Positions 62,144-64,000 of a DNA stretch of 64,000 bases are shown in pieces. Source of the stretch: Podarcis cretensis (taxonomy: Eukaryota); NCBI GenBank assembly GCA_951804945.1, contig OX638159.1, forward strand, positions 6,510,001 through 6,574,000, given 5' to 3'. The notes under the pieces are model-generated. The model made no database searches and was not told the DNA's origin. It saw only the letters and a list, made by a program, of their open reading frames with translations. Each line of letters begins with the position of its first letter. The first letter of the stretch is position 1. The translations under genes and the position numbers were made by a program.

Positions 62144-63529
62144 AAGGAAACCCGATCCAGATCAACTATGCCCAAATGCCTGGCACAGGCCAAGTCCCCC
62201 CTCTCATTTTTCACCCAGAATACCTTCTTTCCACACTGAATCTTTTCCTCCCAGTGTGGAATACATCATCCCAACCTTCGAAAGGAACTAAAAATTATCA
62301 GAAATAGCAGTAATTCACTGTTCTTGCCATTCACCATTTGATGATCTTCTCATACAATGATAGATGGGTACCCGCTCCTTGTGCTGAGACAGAAAATTGC
62401 CCCTTTGCTTCTCATCCAAGAAAGGGAGTCCATCCTTTGAAGGATTTTATTTCAAGAAAGTATGTTATAGGGAAGGAGAAGCCTGTGGGCACAGCGCCCT
62501 TCGAAACACAATAAACACGAACTCTTCAAGTGGGAATGTAAAATGTATTCTGCTGAAGCCTTTGGCCTTATCAACTGCAGCGTAGTATATAACAAGGTCA
62601 TTAGTAACAAGCCCCACACAATGGAGAACATACATCAGCAGCAGAAAAGCAAACATTGGTCCAAAACATCACAATAACTTCCTGTACCTGTTCTTGTTTG
62701 CTTGCTGAGCTCTCAAACATTGTGAGTCTCTGAAATACATAAAAGCGTAACAGCTTGAGTCAATATTTGCGAACCAAAGTGAACGATTTTATTTAGCACG
62801 ATGACTGGACCTACTGAACAAATACATTATTTTGTATGCCAGCATAACAAGAAGAGGCCAGCCTGCAAAAACAACCGGCGTTGTTGAGCCATTTACGGCA
62901 TATGGTTGTATCTGGGAAAAGCTATTGACTGTTGCAAACGTACACACACCAGGAAGAGATAGAAACTTAAGTGAATCATTTTCTGCTTCTGCCTATAGTT
63001 CTGTTAAAAGATTGTGGGGTGCCTGGACCACCCTTCTAATTCTGGGGTGCCAGGCATTGAATTTAGCATGTTAAAATATAAACCATGTTGTTGTTGTTTT
63101 TAAAAAAAAGCCAGGCTTGCTTCCGGGTGAAGTAATTACCTGAAGAGACGCACCAGTAAAAGAGCTCAAAAGACAGAGTGATGGTCTGGCAAAGATTTCT
63201 GCTGGACACAGAGGGGTGGAGCTCTGCCCTGGGCTCTGGGTAGTTCGCAAAAGACAATGCAGAGTTGGGAGGGAGGAGTTTCAGAATTGCAGTGGGCTGA
63301 TGCAAGCGAGAAATAGTTGTGTTTTTGCAAGCAGTTTACAAGCTGCAGGGAAGCAGAGTCAGAACACCATGGGGCCCGGCAATATTTGATCCAACATTGT
63401 AGCCATGAGAGAGAGGAAACCTGCTTTGAACCCCTCCACAGGTTGTATAATTTCACACCGCTTGGAGCCTGGGTTGACGTGTAATAGTTCCTTCTATGAT
63501 AAAGTCAACCTGATGCTATATTACTCTAG

Positions 63530-63664
63530 TAGGGTTGCCATATGTCCTCTTTTTCCAGGACACGTCCTCTTTTTCATGGGTAGAGCCATCATAGCAATTC
63601 ATAGTTAAAAGTAAAAGTCGGCAAATGTGTCCTCTTTTTTGCTCTTCACAAAATGGTAACCCTA
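63530..63664. mobile_element. hAT-type MITE
   Basis: TIRs TAGGGTTGCCAT / ATGGTAACCCTA; no TSD recognised. Confidence 0.7.
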
Positions 63665-64000
63665 GACAGGATTGCCATTGGTATTGCTTGCTTTTAAGTC
63701 CGTACGCACACTTTGGCCTTAAATTTCAAGTGATACAACAGTTGGAAGGTCCCACTCATATAAAATCATCTTGTTAAGTTTCCATCATTTGCAACAAGTG
63801 GTTCAGAATATGGATGATCCAAGTGATTCATAAAGAAAATAACTGCTTTTTGAACATAGCCGGATGGGAGAAGGGGTTGATTTCAACAGAGAGAAAAACA
63901 ATAACATACAGGAAATCAATAAGGAGGACCTGGGAAAGAGTAGCCATTCTTTTCCAGTGCAATTAAGTCTGACCCAGGGAGTCTTTTAGCCCTCCGGTGT

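Overview
Vertebrate non-coding, repeat-rich DNA. The repeat content (Sauria SINEs with (ACCTTT)n tails, Squam3-like CORE SINEs, Bov-B, CR1, L2, L1, Rex1/Babar) points to a squamate, most likely a lacertid lizard; this is an inference. I could not identify any host protein-coding exon. Every protein-like ORF comes from a retrotransposon, and the other ORFs are noise or microsatellite read-through. A few candidate splice sites and promoter-like motifs on the minus strand suggest the window may lie in the 5' introns of a large gene running leftward, but this is weakly supported and the gene is not named. The window also holds many hAT- and Tc1/mariner-type MITEs with intact target-site duplications (TSDs), two solo LTRs and two assembly gaps. 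The most unusual object is at 28977-29471: one TSD encloses a 5'-truncated L1 fused head-to-head with nt 5-37 of U2 snRNA, which fits twin priming on two different RNAs. Also notable are a Sauria SINE dimer sharing one TSD, an LTR-like element without TG..CA ends (possibly DIRS/Ngaro), and a MITE that appears to carry an L2 tail. I found no novel protein-coding system.
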